Positions 1 to 13,479 of a stretch of 64,000 nucleotides of DNA are shown here, piece by piece. The stretch spans positions 6,758,001 to 6,822,000 of the forward strand of contig OX597842.1 in NCBI GenBank assembly GCA_951406725.2, written 5' to 3'. The DNA is from Octopus vulgaris. Lineage: Eukaryota. The first letter of the stretch is position 1. Every line of letters begins with the position of its first letter. The notes beneath the pieces were generated by a model, which saw nothing but the letters and a program-made list of their open reading frames with translations, made no database searches and was not told the DNA's origin. Both the position numbers and the translations under genes were made by a program.

Positions 1-460
1 TTGAATAAAAGATTTTTAAATAAGATAATGAATTTTGTTTAGAATAATTTTTTGTGTTGGGGAATTTTTGAAGGAGACAGGGAGAAAGATAGTGAGAGAA
101 AGGCAGGCAGAGAAAGAATGATAAAAGAAAGCAAAGAAAATAATGTGAAAATTTGTACAAGTGAATTTTTAAAGATTGTAATAAAGCAAAAAAATAAAAT
201 GAATAATAATAACAATTGACACAAACATATAAAGATTACACAGTTAACTCTGAGTTTAAATAAATATACATTTCTAATCACAAGTATGGTACATAATTAT
301 AGATACATATATTCATATATACATATACTCACATACATTTGTAGTCAAACATCACAGCACAAACAACTTGTGTCTTAATATATATTTATGCATGTATGAA
401 GAGTCTTTGGCAAAACTCTGAAATCACTACCACTATTCATAATGTGTATGTATATACATA

Positions 461-504
<44 letters not shown>

Positions 505-616
505 ATATATTGAACAGTAGGTTCATTTTATTTCTGTTTAACAAGTTAGATTGATTTTGAGTATTTTCCTTTTATTTAATTAAACAGTTTGGTGATGATA
601 ATTATATATATATATA

Positions 617-681
<65 letters not shown>

Positions 682-1976
682 GTATGTATATATATACATA
701 TATGAGCTGTGTATATATGGAGATCGTTTTCTATTTTACTTTGTGAATTCATACCTAAGAATGATATCCATATGTAGGGAGAAATATCCCTACAAAATAG
801 AAATGTCTGGGAAAAAAACCTAAACAGTTGATTGCACTTATGGCCATCTTCAAATGCTGTTTATAAGGTGTTTTGTATTAATATCAATGTCATCCTTCCT
901 TTCACAAGAATTATGCCCATAACTGAACTCAACCCTTATAAACATGCATTAATAAGCATTAGTATTTCAGTTAGTTTTAGAGCAGTTAGATTAGCTATTT
1001 TCTATTCAGTTATATTCACCCCACCCGTTATGTTAATTACACCCTTACTTGTGATATTTCCCAATACCGTTCAAATACATTTTCTGATGTTAAGAAACCT
1101 TAACTCCCTACCTAGGAGTATCAGCTATGCACATAATGTGAATGCTTGAATGATTCCATAGATATAACACTGCACCTTATAACACTACTATAAGTGGCCG
1201 CTGCAGACTATTGCTTTGAAATGAAGGCATATTGTTCACTTGTTTCAGGATTGTGAACTGACAAAATATATATATATATATATATATATCCATCTGGTTA
1301 TCTGCCTCTCTCTCTCTGTGTGTGCATCAAGGAAAGTGTTAGTGTATTTGTTCTGCTTGTAGAATGCAAAATTTTATTATTATTATTATCATTAATTTGA
1401 TAGTCTTAATATTATTGCATGATTTCCTTGCACAACTGAACATGTTTCTGCATACTTTGGATATGTACAGTGTTTTGGTTTTTAATTTTCGTTTTCCATT
1501 GTAACAATGATAAACACAGCTACAACAACAAAAACAATCACAACAATAACAACAACAAACAATGACGAAAACAACAAAACTTCCAAAATACAAAAATAAA
1601 TATACATAAAATATAACAAAATATCAAATGACAAATTTAATACTAATATTACAAATAATATGACTATTATGTGAAATTACTGCATTTCTAAATAGAAATA
1701 ATTGCTCATTACAATAGAATACAAAAGAAAATTATTGAATGCAATATTCCTAGTCTAATTTCAAATAGAAGCTGAAAAGCATTAAACCACAGTTTTCAGT
1801 TTGTCTAAAGATTTATGAAGAAATAAATATTTCATTTGATATACATCTCATATATGTTTGATGATTGATATTCAGTGTTAAAAGCCGATATTATGAAACT
1901 TGAAGTAGCCAGATAGATTGATAGGCCTGTAGAATGTATAGGCCAATTGTTATTATTTGTCAGAGGAAGTATAGAC

Positions 1977-2184
1977 CAGTGCTTTTCAAACTTTTTGCTG
2001 GAGTGGAACCCCAAGGAAACATTCCACTGGCTCGAGGAATAATTTAATAGTCTTATGCACACATATCTGCGCAGGAGAATTAAAAATTACTGCTGATTTT
2101 AGCAGTTTTGTAACTTCTTGCGGAACCCGTGGACTGTACTGGCGGAACCCTAAGGTTCCGCGGAACCCTGGTTGAAAACCACTG
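1977..2184. mobile_element. hAT (Charlie-like) MITE
   Basis: TIRs CAGTGCTTTTCAA / TTGAAAACCACTG, a perfect 8-bp TSD GTATAGAC (1969-1976, 2185-2192), and subterminal CGGAACCC repeats. Confidence 0.85.
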
Positions 2185-2524
2185 GTATAGACAATTAGGC
2201 ATGTGGTTTAAGCGTTTCTGCTGTACAGTGCATAAATCCAAGTGTACATGTGTATGTGTGTATACAACACATAGACACACATAAATATATATGCATACAT
2301 TAATATATACAATGTATTCAATAAAATATAATATTACAACATAGCATACATAATAATAAAGATACAATACATATGAAGAGTAACAAGAATATATATATAT
2401 ATATACACACACAAACACTCACACATACAAACATATATGCATGCATATATACATATATATATATGCATATATATATATGCATATATGTATATGCATATAT
2501 GCATATACACATATATACATATAC

Positions 2525-2596
<72 letters not shown>

Positions 2597-3342
2597 ATGC
2601 ATATATGTATTCATTATAGAAACTGTAAGTTGTGGTAGAAAAAAATCAAGGAGCTGTTATCACATTTAAGTAATCTAGATATGGGAAAGGATTTGTACAA
2701 GATAATTTTTTTTAATTTTTATTATAGATACATGTGGTTTGCTGGCTATTCACTCACGTAGGTGGTTGGCTACCTTATGTACATAAACAGGATAACCAAC
2801 ATTTGACATAGTGTTGGAAATTTTTTCTTTGCCTTTATTGGGTTTGTATTAATTTCCTGGTCTAAGAGAACACATGTCTAATAAGTAGACGATTGTGAAA
2901 GGGCAAAGGGCATAACTAGATCTTACAGCTTCTAAATATATGTATATATTCTTGTTTTTTTATATATATATAAATACAATTTTGAAATTCAAAAAATATG
3001 AAATGTGAAAATAATAATTGAAGAAAAGAAAATTATATTCAAAATACAAAGATAAGTTAAAATGGGAAAAAACAGGTTAATATGTATTTTAGATGTATAA
3101 ATTTTGTTATTAGAAACAAATGAGAGATTAGAATCACACGGTATGTCTAGAAATTAAAAATCTGCATATTGTGCTCCAGCATGACCAGAATTAAAATGTT
3201 TTCAGATGAACTGAAGCATTTATAATGCATCAGTGGCCAATAGAATAACTTTAGAAATGACAGAGTCTAGGTAGGCGTGACTCTATGTAGTATGTGTATA
3301 TCCAGCAATAAGACATATTGCATATATAAACACATATATATG

Positions 3343-3398
<56 letters not shown>

Positions 3399-4250
3399 AA
3401 CTCTGACGAAGTGAGCATGTAATTTTCATGTCAGACTAGGTTTATATAATTATATAATTCAGCCTTACTGTCTTTACTGAAACACATGATAATAATTATA
3501 ATGTTTTCTGATTTAGGTACAAGGACAGCAATTTTGAGGAGAATATTTACTTGATAACATTGACTCCAGTTTTTGATTGCTACCTTATTTCATTGGTCCA
3601 GAGGAATGGCAGATAAAGTCCACCTTCATATGATTTGAACTCAAAGCATTAAGGTTTAGAAAATTTACTGCAAAGTCCTTTTTGTCAAATGCTCTAATAA
3701 TTGTGGCTCAAAATCTCAGATCTTAAAGCATTGGTGAGTATTGTCCGGTATATTTGAGTGGTCCCATCATTCAGTTGGGTATATATTTTTCTATCTACAA
3801 AACTGAACCCACAAGGCCTTGATCAAACCAAGATTACAGGTCCATTATTGAGATCAAATGATATGGAGACAATATGCAGATATATATATAGTTAACTCTC
3901 GTAGTCTTTCCAGTTGTGAGTATACTGAAGATGTCTACAAAACAAAGGGGAAAGGGAAAAGAAAGAAAGGAATGAAAGACAAACAGGAGAATGGGGTTAG
4001 CAAAAGGAAAAGAAAAGTTTTGGTTCTTAAGGGAAAGTTAATATTACAATGATTATTATTATTGTTGTTACGATTAATTTATTATTTGGGAAATCTGTAA
4101 AAACTAGAAAACAGTTAGTCGGAGGGAAAAAGAAAGTTGAACCTTGAATGATGAACAAATGTAGATGTTTAACATCAAGGTTTGAAACAAAACAAATCAC
4201 TACACATTCTTACACTATCATACACCTGCACCTGACTATATATATATGTA

Positions 4251-4287
<37 letters not shown>

Positions 4288-4307
4288 GTATAGGTATATA
4301 ATATATG

Positions 4308-4350
<43 letters not shown>

Positions 4351-5767
4351 GTATATAATATATATATAATATATGTATATAATATGTATATATATGTATA
4401 TAATATATGTGTATAATAGATATATAATATATGTATATAATATATATGTGTGCATAATATATATATATATATATGTACATGTATATAATATATATATATA
4501 ATGTGAGTATAATATATATATGTATATACAATATATATATGCTACAAATAACCCCATTGACTTTTAATACAACTGGGACAAACTGTATGGTATAGCTTGT
4601 GTAGGATACACAATGCCTTAAAAATAAATAAGGTGAGATGGTCATGATTCGATTGTCTTTAAATATAGGGCTGATTCATCAAAGTGAATCTCTGTGGGCT
4701 AAATAGCAATAACAACAACTGCATCAAAAAACAAGAGTGGCTGTTCCTCTCATAATAATCCCTTTTCTATAAACCCACAACCAAACTATCACCCTTGTGG
4801 CTGTTTTTTCCCTTCCACTACTATCGAGCCAACTACTCCCCCTTCGATTCCAACTGACTAGAACCAGCCACCTATTCCTTATTTCAAACCTTAGCTAAAG
4901 ATTTGGGCCCATTTATCTACATTGCCACCATAGTTGTGTTGCTGTTGTTGTTGTTGTTTAACCCTTAGGTCATCCCCATGACACACCAGTCCTATATCAA
5001 AGACAATGAAGATGTAAATCTAAAATATTTGCTATTTCAAATTTAAGGATTACATCAAATTAAATATTCACATCCCTCCTTCAATTATTAAAGAAAGTAA
5101 GGGGGGAATTTGAAAGAGAGATTTCCCTACTTTTTTTTCCTTGATAGCAAATATAGGAGACAACTCCAGGCATATTTCAGCCTTTCTGGACTTCATCAGA
5201 GAATCATAGATTTCACTGTAAAAGCTCAATTATTGATAGTAAAATCAATAAATATATGCAGAATATTATATACAAGGGTTGGTGAAATTCCAGAAATATT
5301 CAAAGACTAAATTGCTCAGAAAAGCCTTCTGCATTATCAAAATAGATAGTAGCTAATGGTAACTAAAAGAGAGGTTGGACAAGTTATATTAATTGCCTCT
5401 CATAACAGAAACCTCAATCAATTAGAAATTTAATGATATATATATATATATATATATCTGTGTGGATGAATAATGTAAAATAGGAAAAGGGCAAAGTCTC
5501 TCCTTTTTTGAAAAAGTGAGACAAATGCAAAGCCCATAAGGGTCATTCCAGAGATGCTAGTTGATTGATCCAGAGTTGAACATTAATATAAAAATAGATA
5601 ATCTTCATTCGCACATACATACATAGATACATAATGTGATATAAAGACAGTTTATATTAAAATAAAAAGTAGATCGAAACAAAGGTAGGAAAAATCTTGA
5701 GTAGGAAAATAAGTTGGGGGAACCACACAAGAGCATCATGCTGAAATATTTCGCTCCGTAAAGCTAC

Positions 5768-5879
5768 CTTCTTCTCTTCATCATCCTTCTTTTTCTTGCC
5801 ATCAAGAGTAGCAGCAACGAGGGCAAAGTACTGGATGACCTTTTTCGTGTTCTCAGTTTTACCAGCACCAGACTCGCCA
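5768..5879 (-). CDS. Mhc1: Myosin P-loop/loop-1 exon, variant B ([37 protein letters not shown])
   Basis: Acceptor CATCACTACAG|T GGC GAG TCT, donor AAG|GTAGCT. 112 nt, phase 2-0, Walker A motif. Confidence 0.95.
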
Positions 5880-6719
5880 CTGTAGTGATGTGGAGGGTTG
5901 TACAAAGTGTATACAAAGAGGGAGAGAGAGAGAAAGAGAGAGAGAATGTGTGAGTGATGGTGAGTGATTGCAACTGATTGTGTGTGACAGAGTATTAGAG
6001 TGTCAGATATATACGCACACATATGTATATGTATATGTATGTATAGTGGTGACACGTTAATTGAGAAAGTGAGACCACAACAAATATTTGTGGAATATGA
6101 ATTTTACTTACAACTTAATCACATTTTCACTACTTAATTTTAACACTTCTCTTTCCTTTTGATACTTGGAGATGAGAATTTTTAAGTAGTTAAATTGTGA
6201 GTTTAAGTTGTGAATTCATGAAATATATATGTATGAGACAATATATACAGTTGCATGGCAGAAGAGAGAGTAAGGCATTAATAGTTTTGTGAAAGACAAA
6301 AAAATAAACAGTTGCAAAATATTCCTTCTACAACAATAAAAACAATAATTGTAAGATTTGCAGCCACAATAATAATAATAATAACAATTTCATACACCAT
6401 TAATAACATCAATATTCATATCAACACCAATATATGTATATATAGAAAGAGAGAGAGAGAGGAAAAAAGAAAGAAAGAAAGAGAGTGAGACAGCTAGACT
6501 GAAATGCGTCAAATATGAAATTGCTTGACAATCAAATAGTCTTTCTATTTTTTCTAACTGTCAACAAGATGGAAGAGGGTTCGCTTTTTCATTAAGGCAT
6601 CTTTATAAATATGCATTACCATCTATAATGAAATTGTTTGGATATGAAGAATTTTCTTGGTAGAAATATGTAGTTTGAATGAAGATTTGTACATTTGTTG
6701 TGTATTAGCATATTGGTTT

Positions 6720-6915
6720 GAAATTTTGGGTAAAAAGCCAGCAATTCTGGGGATTGGGGTTAGTCAATTACATCGACCCAACTGCTCAATTGGTCCTTAT
6801 TTTATCAACCCCAAAAAGGTGAAAGGCAAAGCCAACCACAGCAGAATTTGAATTCAGAATGTAAAAATGGGTAAAACGCTATTAAGCAATTTGCTTGATG
6901 TGCTCACAATTCTGC
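6720..6915 (-). mobile_element. SINE family C copy (degenerate)
   Basis: Reverse complement resembles 16508-16725 (GGCAGAATT...CTGAATTCAAATTCTGC...TTTGCCTTTCA). Confidence 0.55.
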
Positions 6916-7892
6916 CTTTTTTATGTATATATAATAAAGGATAAAATCGCTAAAAATTTTATCAGTGACCAACATGTAAAAGAGACCTATTAAGGTAAAT
7001 TCATATATAGAGGCTTAAAAGGGCATAGAGGGTTCCATACCTACAGGAATGGAACCCGCTATGCCCTTAATTATAATTGTATTTTATGCTATTATAGATC
7101 TGTTTGTATATATGTATGTATGTATACTTTTTTATATGTAATTGCCAAACTTTACTTTTTCCATCCATTGTTATTAATAGATTTAACATCACTACCTTTT
7201 AAACAAGCAATTCCCATTTAGCACATGTTCTTCAAAGGTTTTGATATATATTGAATAGTTATCAATTTTTTTTTTTTTTGGTGAGAAAACAAAATGAAAA
7301 ATAAAATAATGAAAAGAAAAATATAGAAAGACAAAGACAAAAAAGGAACAGTGAATCACCTAAACATTCATTTGTCTTTTCATATGACATGCTTCTAAAT
7401 TTCAGAAGCTCATGTTTACTTCTGCTTACCATTTAAGATTTTACAAACCTAATTTTATATTCACATTCCTTATATATATATATATATAAAAGAAAATGAG
7501 ATGACAGAGGTAAAATGGTTACATTATAAACTCCATCGACTTACAGCTGTTTCTGCTGCTAGATGCAGTGCACTCATGTTGGGTGCCTATAAGCAACTGT
7601 TCCCTTTTCTTTCTTTGTATTTCAGTTTTTATTTTCATTATTTTCTTTTGTTCTGTTTTGTTTTCTTTTTTCCCACAAATAAATTTCTTTTCAACATAAA
7701 TAATTTTTCAGATAATGGCATTTTCCCATTCCCCACGTATATTGTATATGTGTATATATATATATATATATAGACACATACAAACACACATTAGCAAGAT
7801 GAAAACAATTGATTTGGCCTTAAAAAAAGCTACACAGAACAAACATTGCACATTTTTGAGAGCCAAATATTGCTGATGTGTAAGACACTTAC

Positions 7893-8004
7893 AGCTCTTG
7901 TGCCGTCAGCCTTCTCTCGCTTTTTTTCCTGTGTGGCAGCAACTTCGGCAAAATACATTATCACTTTCTTGGTACTTTCAGTTTTGCCTGCCCCAGATTC
8001 TCCA
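7893..8004 (-). CDS. Mhc1: Myosin P-loop/loop-1 exon, variant A ([37 protein letters not shown])
   Basis: Acceptor ...AATGTAG|T GGA GAA TCT, donor GCT|GTAAGT. 112 nt, phase 2-0, open frame with an intact Walker A. Not annotated as such in the ORF track. Confidence 0.92.
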
Positions 8005-8234
8005 CTACATTCTCAAAAGAATCATATCTCGATTATAGATTTATACGCATGTGTGTGTGTGTGTGTGTGTGTGTGATTACAGAAGGAGGTCTATATGTCT
8101 GAGCGCCAACTCTGAGTTTTATGAATGTCTGTGCATGTATGGCTGGACATATTGCATAGTTGTAAATCTCTGAGTATATATACACATGTATGTATATGTA
8201 AATGGATATATATATTATTATATATATGTATGTA

Positions 8235-8354
<120 letters not shown>

Positions 8355-8486
8355 TATATACATATATATTTTGTGTATGTGTGCGCGCACATGTGTGAGT
8401 GTGTGTGTAAAGGAAAAAGTGTAAAATAAACAGAAACACTGGGTTCACAAAAGGTTAGGGAGAGGAAGAGAGAGAGAGAGATCGAC

Positions 8487-8537
<51 letters not shown>

Positions 8538-9377
8538 TAGATAGATAGAAAGACAGAGAAGGAATAAGTTAGAGCAGGAGAAATATTCAGTTATGTAGAC
8601 AGAGGAGCATGTAGAAACAAGAAGACATGGACAGACAGACATACACCTACACACACACACACACACATATATATATACATACATGTACACATATAGATAC
8701 ATACATATATATATATATATATATACATATATATATACATACACATACATATACTGAATTATTACAGTGTCCTGGTACAATTTTAAATTTAACTTCATTT
8801 TTATATGATACAATTAATCCTAAATTCACATTTAGAGACCCAATGCATCTATTTTATCGTCGACGATGAAGACACATCAATATATTTGTTGATGGACTTA
8901 AACCTTATTTTATGAGGATCTGAAGAGACAAACAGTGAAAGGCTAAAGATCACTGATTATTTCCCTAACCTTGTTTTATTAATGATTTGCAGTCTTTGAT
9001 TAATCAGGGTATTACTGAAAAATTCGACTGCAAAACATATCCCTAAAACTACAGCATTACATCACAGTTTGTATATGTAATGATGGCAGACATATCGACA
9101 ATTTATAATGTCCATGATATATCTGTTTAACTATGTAAGGTTTTCTTGTTATTCTCCTTTTTACTGATTAATTCTATTGTATATAAAACTGAAGTTATGC
9201 AAATTTAAAATTGCCCAAGGATTATATAATGATCCAGTATGTGTATTTATATATATATATGTGTGTATATATATATGTGTATATACATGAGTATATATAT
9301 ATGTATGTATATATATATATATACATATATATATATGTATATATATGTATATATATATACACATATATATATGTATA

Positions 9378-9440
<63 letters not shown>

Positions 9441-10009
9441 ATGTTTATATATTAGCACACACACACATTCAACTACAGGAACAGATACATACATAGACAA
9501 GTGAGATAAAATGTGGGGTAATATTACATAATAACATATTTAACATGGGGGAAGAAACTACAATGAAATTAAAGGATTACAGGGGACATTTATCTTATCT
9601 AGATTAAAAGTTTTTGGGTCTCAGGGGACAATGCATTGAAAATCCCTTCATTTAGATATTGACAGACAAGCCTAGATTTAAATGAGGAATACAAGGTCCA
9701 TAGCCATGCATATAGTTGGCCCCTTTTGTTTTGCCTCTGAGCATTGCTTAAAGCTGGGTCTGTGTTTGAGAGGATTTGTATTCTCATGGTTCGTTTCTGG
9801 ACCTGAACTTACTGCGAGACATTTTGGCAAAATGTCTTCGATTGCAACCTCTGCGACTGGAAATCATTGATTACATAAAGTATTCCTAGACATGCTAATT
9901 CTGAATGAAAGAAGGGATGGCCATAGCTGGAACATCCTCAATCATGGGCCTGCTGGGTCAGAACTGACCTGGGGCTAAACAACTACTATAGTCACTTTTA
10001 TCTTTTTTT

Positions 10010-10418
10010 TTTGTTTCTGTCATTTGACTGTGGTCATGCTGGGGCACCACCTTGAAGGGTTTTAGTCAAACAAATTGACCGCAAGGCTTATATTTTTAAG
10101 CCTAGTACTTATTCTGTCAAGTCTTTTTTGCTGAACTGCTAAGTTTACGGGGACATAAACACATCAACACTGGTTGTTAAGTGGCGATGGGACACACAGA
10201 CATGCAAAGACACACACACATAGATATTATATGTGTGTGTGTGTGTGTGTGTGTATGCACACACACAAAGGGCTACATTCAGTTTGTCTACCAAATCTAC
10301 TTTCAAGGTTTTGGTCAGCCTGAGGTTGTATAAAAAGGCACTTGCCCAAGGTGCCACACAGTGGGACTGAACCCTAAGTCATGTGGTTGGGAAGCAAGCT
10401 TCTTACCACACAGCCACA
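10010..10418 (-). mobile_element. tRNA-derived SINE family A copy
   Basis: Reverse complement of the 54600-55017 type, with an internal (CA/TG)n tract. Confidence 0.75.
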
Positions 10419-10998
10419 ATAATACATTTGATAATCCTTCATAAACTGTTTGAATAAAAGATGGGATGGTCACAGCTGGAACATCATTGATCATAGGTTT
10501 ACTGGGTCAAGACTGACCTGGTGGCTCATTAACAACAACAACAACTACTACTACTAATTAATACTAATTACTGTATTAAGAATATTAACTAATGTAGGAC
10601 TAAATATACTATGTCTCAGAATAAGGGGGTATAGTCATGAACAGAATATATACACAAGAACAACAACATATAATGGGGGCTGGCAGTACAATCTCAAACT
10701 GGAATATATATATATATATCAAAGAGACGATGCTTTTGGATGTTGTGTTTCTACACTCAAGCATGTGGCATGTATGTATAATGTAGCTATACAGCATGCT
10801 TCGTGACATGCATGACTTAAAGCATAAGATGTTTACCGATAAGTGTCACTTGGAGGTGTCAAGATATATATACATATATACATGTACATATATGTAAGTA
10901 TATGTATATATACATATACGTATATGTAAATATATGTATACATGTGTGTGTGTGTGTATGTATATATATGTTTGTGTGTGTATATACATATATGTATA

Positions 10999-11059
<61 letters not shown>

Positions 11060-11215
11060 ATATGGAAACACACACACACGTTTTTCATTCAGTGTTTGGC
11101 AAGCTGACGAAATTGTATAGCAGACATTTTGAAAGCACATTTAATTGTATCGTGTGATATGGATATATGAGTTGTAGTGATTTTATGAACTATATACATA
11201 TATATATGTATATAT

Positions 11216-11309
<94 letters not shown>

Positions 11310-13451
11310 GTAGGTATGTATATTCATGGATACATATTTCATTCAAGTGTTTGATGGTTCATTCCATCATTCAATTCATGCTTTCACATGCCTGGTTTCT
11401 AAGTGTATTTGTGTGTGTGCCTGGCCATAGAGGCTTCTTCTCCCTGTTTTCATTCTATAACCCCAGTCATAGCCATTTGCAACATCTGAAAACCACATTG
11501 CTCACTGATCAAGCCTGTCCAATATTTTTTGCAGACTGCAACATGCAGAATCACATAACCATTGTTTCATTATATTTTATTTTTATTTATATTTTTTTCG
11601 TTTTTTGCTTCTTTTTTCTTTACCCGCTGCTTCATCTGCTTCAGCCCAAAGCAATCATGTGATAGCTAACATATGCAACAACTCAGCAATGCAGCTATGT
11701 AACAATGCTGCATTCCTAGCATGCATTGCACTGGAAAAGACACATTTTCAGCTGAACATCTGTAACAACATTGACTACCATAAGCAGTTTTTTGTGGTAG
11801 GTGGTGGTGATGGACAAAGAGTTGATGAGAAGGACATTTCGTTGATTGAATCGTTGATCCCTTTCTCTCTAGTGCATAAATCAGTAGAGTTTATTTTCTT
11901 GAAATGACCACCAGGAAGGTAAAAGGCAAAGAAGTCAATTATACTGCCCCCTCTGGATACTGGGTTGGAAAGATAGGGGTATATGTGAAGAGGGAGCATC
12001 TACAGGAAACAGTATTGTGTTGCTTGAAACTGTTGGAGTCTCCTGCAGAGTTCTTGGAATATGAATGAAGCATGTTACTCTGGTCCACTGGTTGTGGACA
12101 GGTGACACTTTGTTACGTTCCCCAGCAGAGTTGCTGTGTTAAACAAAATAATAATAATAATTTTTAGGTATGGAATTATTTTATTCTATCCATTCCAGTA
12201 CATTGTACTTTATTTTGTCAATCCCAGAAATTCTTATTAGTACAATTATAGGCCAGAAAATTAATTTTTGTGTATGTATTGGAATGGGTTGGTCGATTCA
12301 GTTGCTGATGATATTTTGATTGATATTTATTTCATCAACCCTGGCAGGATGAAAGGCAAAGTTGACTTCAGGAGGATGCAAAGACCCAAAATAAATACCA
12401 CAGGGCATTTTGAAGGATGCTCTACTGATTCTGCAAATCCATCAATTTCTAACTTTGTCACTGGCCCTGTAATCTCAAACAACACATGTTGAGATTTCAA
12501 GGGACCTAAATGAACAGAGCACATTGTTCTTGTGCCTGATGTGACACTCTACCGATTATGTCACTCACCACCATACCATTTCCCCCTTGTCTTATGTCAC
12601 CTGTAACAAGAAGAGGTCATTATACAAAAAAAAAGCTGATTGGCTGCCATTTCTCAGCAAGCTACCCATCCGCAAATCCACAATGTTGAGTTATGTGTAA
12701 TAACATAATTAAATGAGTGATGACGTAATTAATGTAATGAGCCAAGAAATTCTAATTTAGAAAACTACACCAGTAACAAGGATAAAAAGTAAGCTAAAAG
12801 CTTAATGATTAATTCATGGGAGATAACCTCAATATTTGAATTGATAAAAAATAATAGAAAATACAGGATTTGACTTATGTATCAAAGCACAAATAGTTGA
12901 ATCAGTGTTAAGATATTGACTTACTTTCCTGGCTTATTACATTAACTATATTAACACTAAGTTACTTCATGCAGATGGTGGCCTGGTGTATTTATTACTT
13001 GCCTCTCACACACAAATCAATTAAGCTGTGTTTAATTTGAAAGTTCAATTATATTTGAACCATTTTTGAAGAAGAACTTGCACAATAAACTTGCAAAATA
13101 AATTTGTACAATAAACTTCCTGAAGTATGTAAGATAGAGACCACATGATCCAGTGAGAAACTCCTCATGTAGTCAGTTGACTTTGCTACATGTAATAGCC
13201 AAAGATCCTTATTCACAAATATGTTAATGTTTGTAAAATAGGGACTACATGAACCAGTGAAGGATGTTCTGTATAGTTACCACAATGGCAATGAGGTAAG
13301 TTCTATGCAGCAGCCAAAAATATTACAATGATAGTTTTGAAACCAACTTTACAGAAATGCGGAAGGGTATTTGATTTTCATAAAAGCCTGTGGATTGAAC
13401 ATGCAACGTTCTGTCTGAGAATGGTAATGTTATCAAAGAGGGAATACTCAC

Positions 13452-13479
13452 GTGATCAACATGGACTGGTTTTCACGAT
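13452..13479 (-). CDS. Mhc1: Myosin heavy chain 28-nt exon (D-RENQSMLI-T), absent from the ORF track
   Basis: TTTCTTCTTTTCTACTCACAG|AT CGT GAA AAC CAG TCC ATG TTG ATC AC|GTGAGT. Phase 1-2 links the previous exon exactly to the P-loop exons. Confidence 0.96.

Noticed and set aside
1-5767. Next myosin exon (…LEDQ…NAKT…NSSRF) or a KDEKK-type loop-1 microexon
   Set aside because: Not found by eye on the minus strand; presumably outside the window. Weak donor-like sites at ~2757 and ~2925 lack convincing acceptors.
11624-11730. Third P-loop exon variant
   Set aside because: Has acceptor- and donor-like sites but no GESGAGKT and an in-frame TGA.
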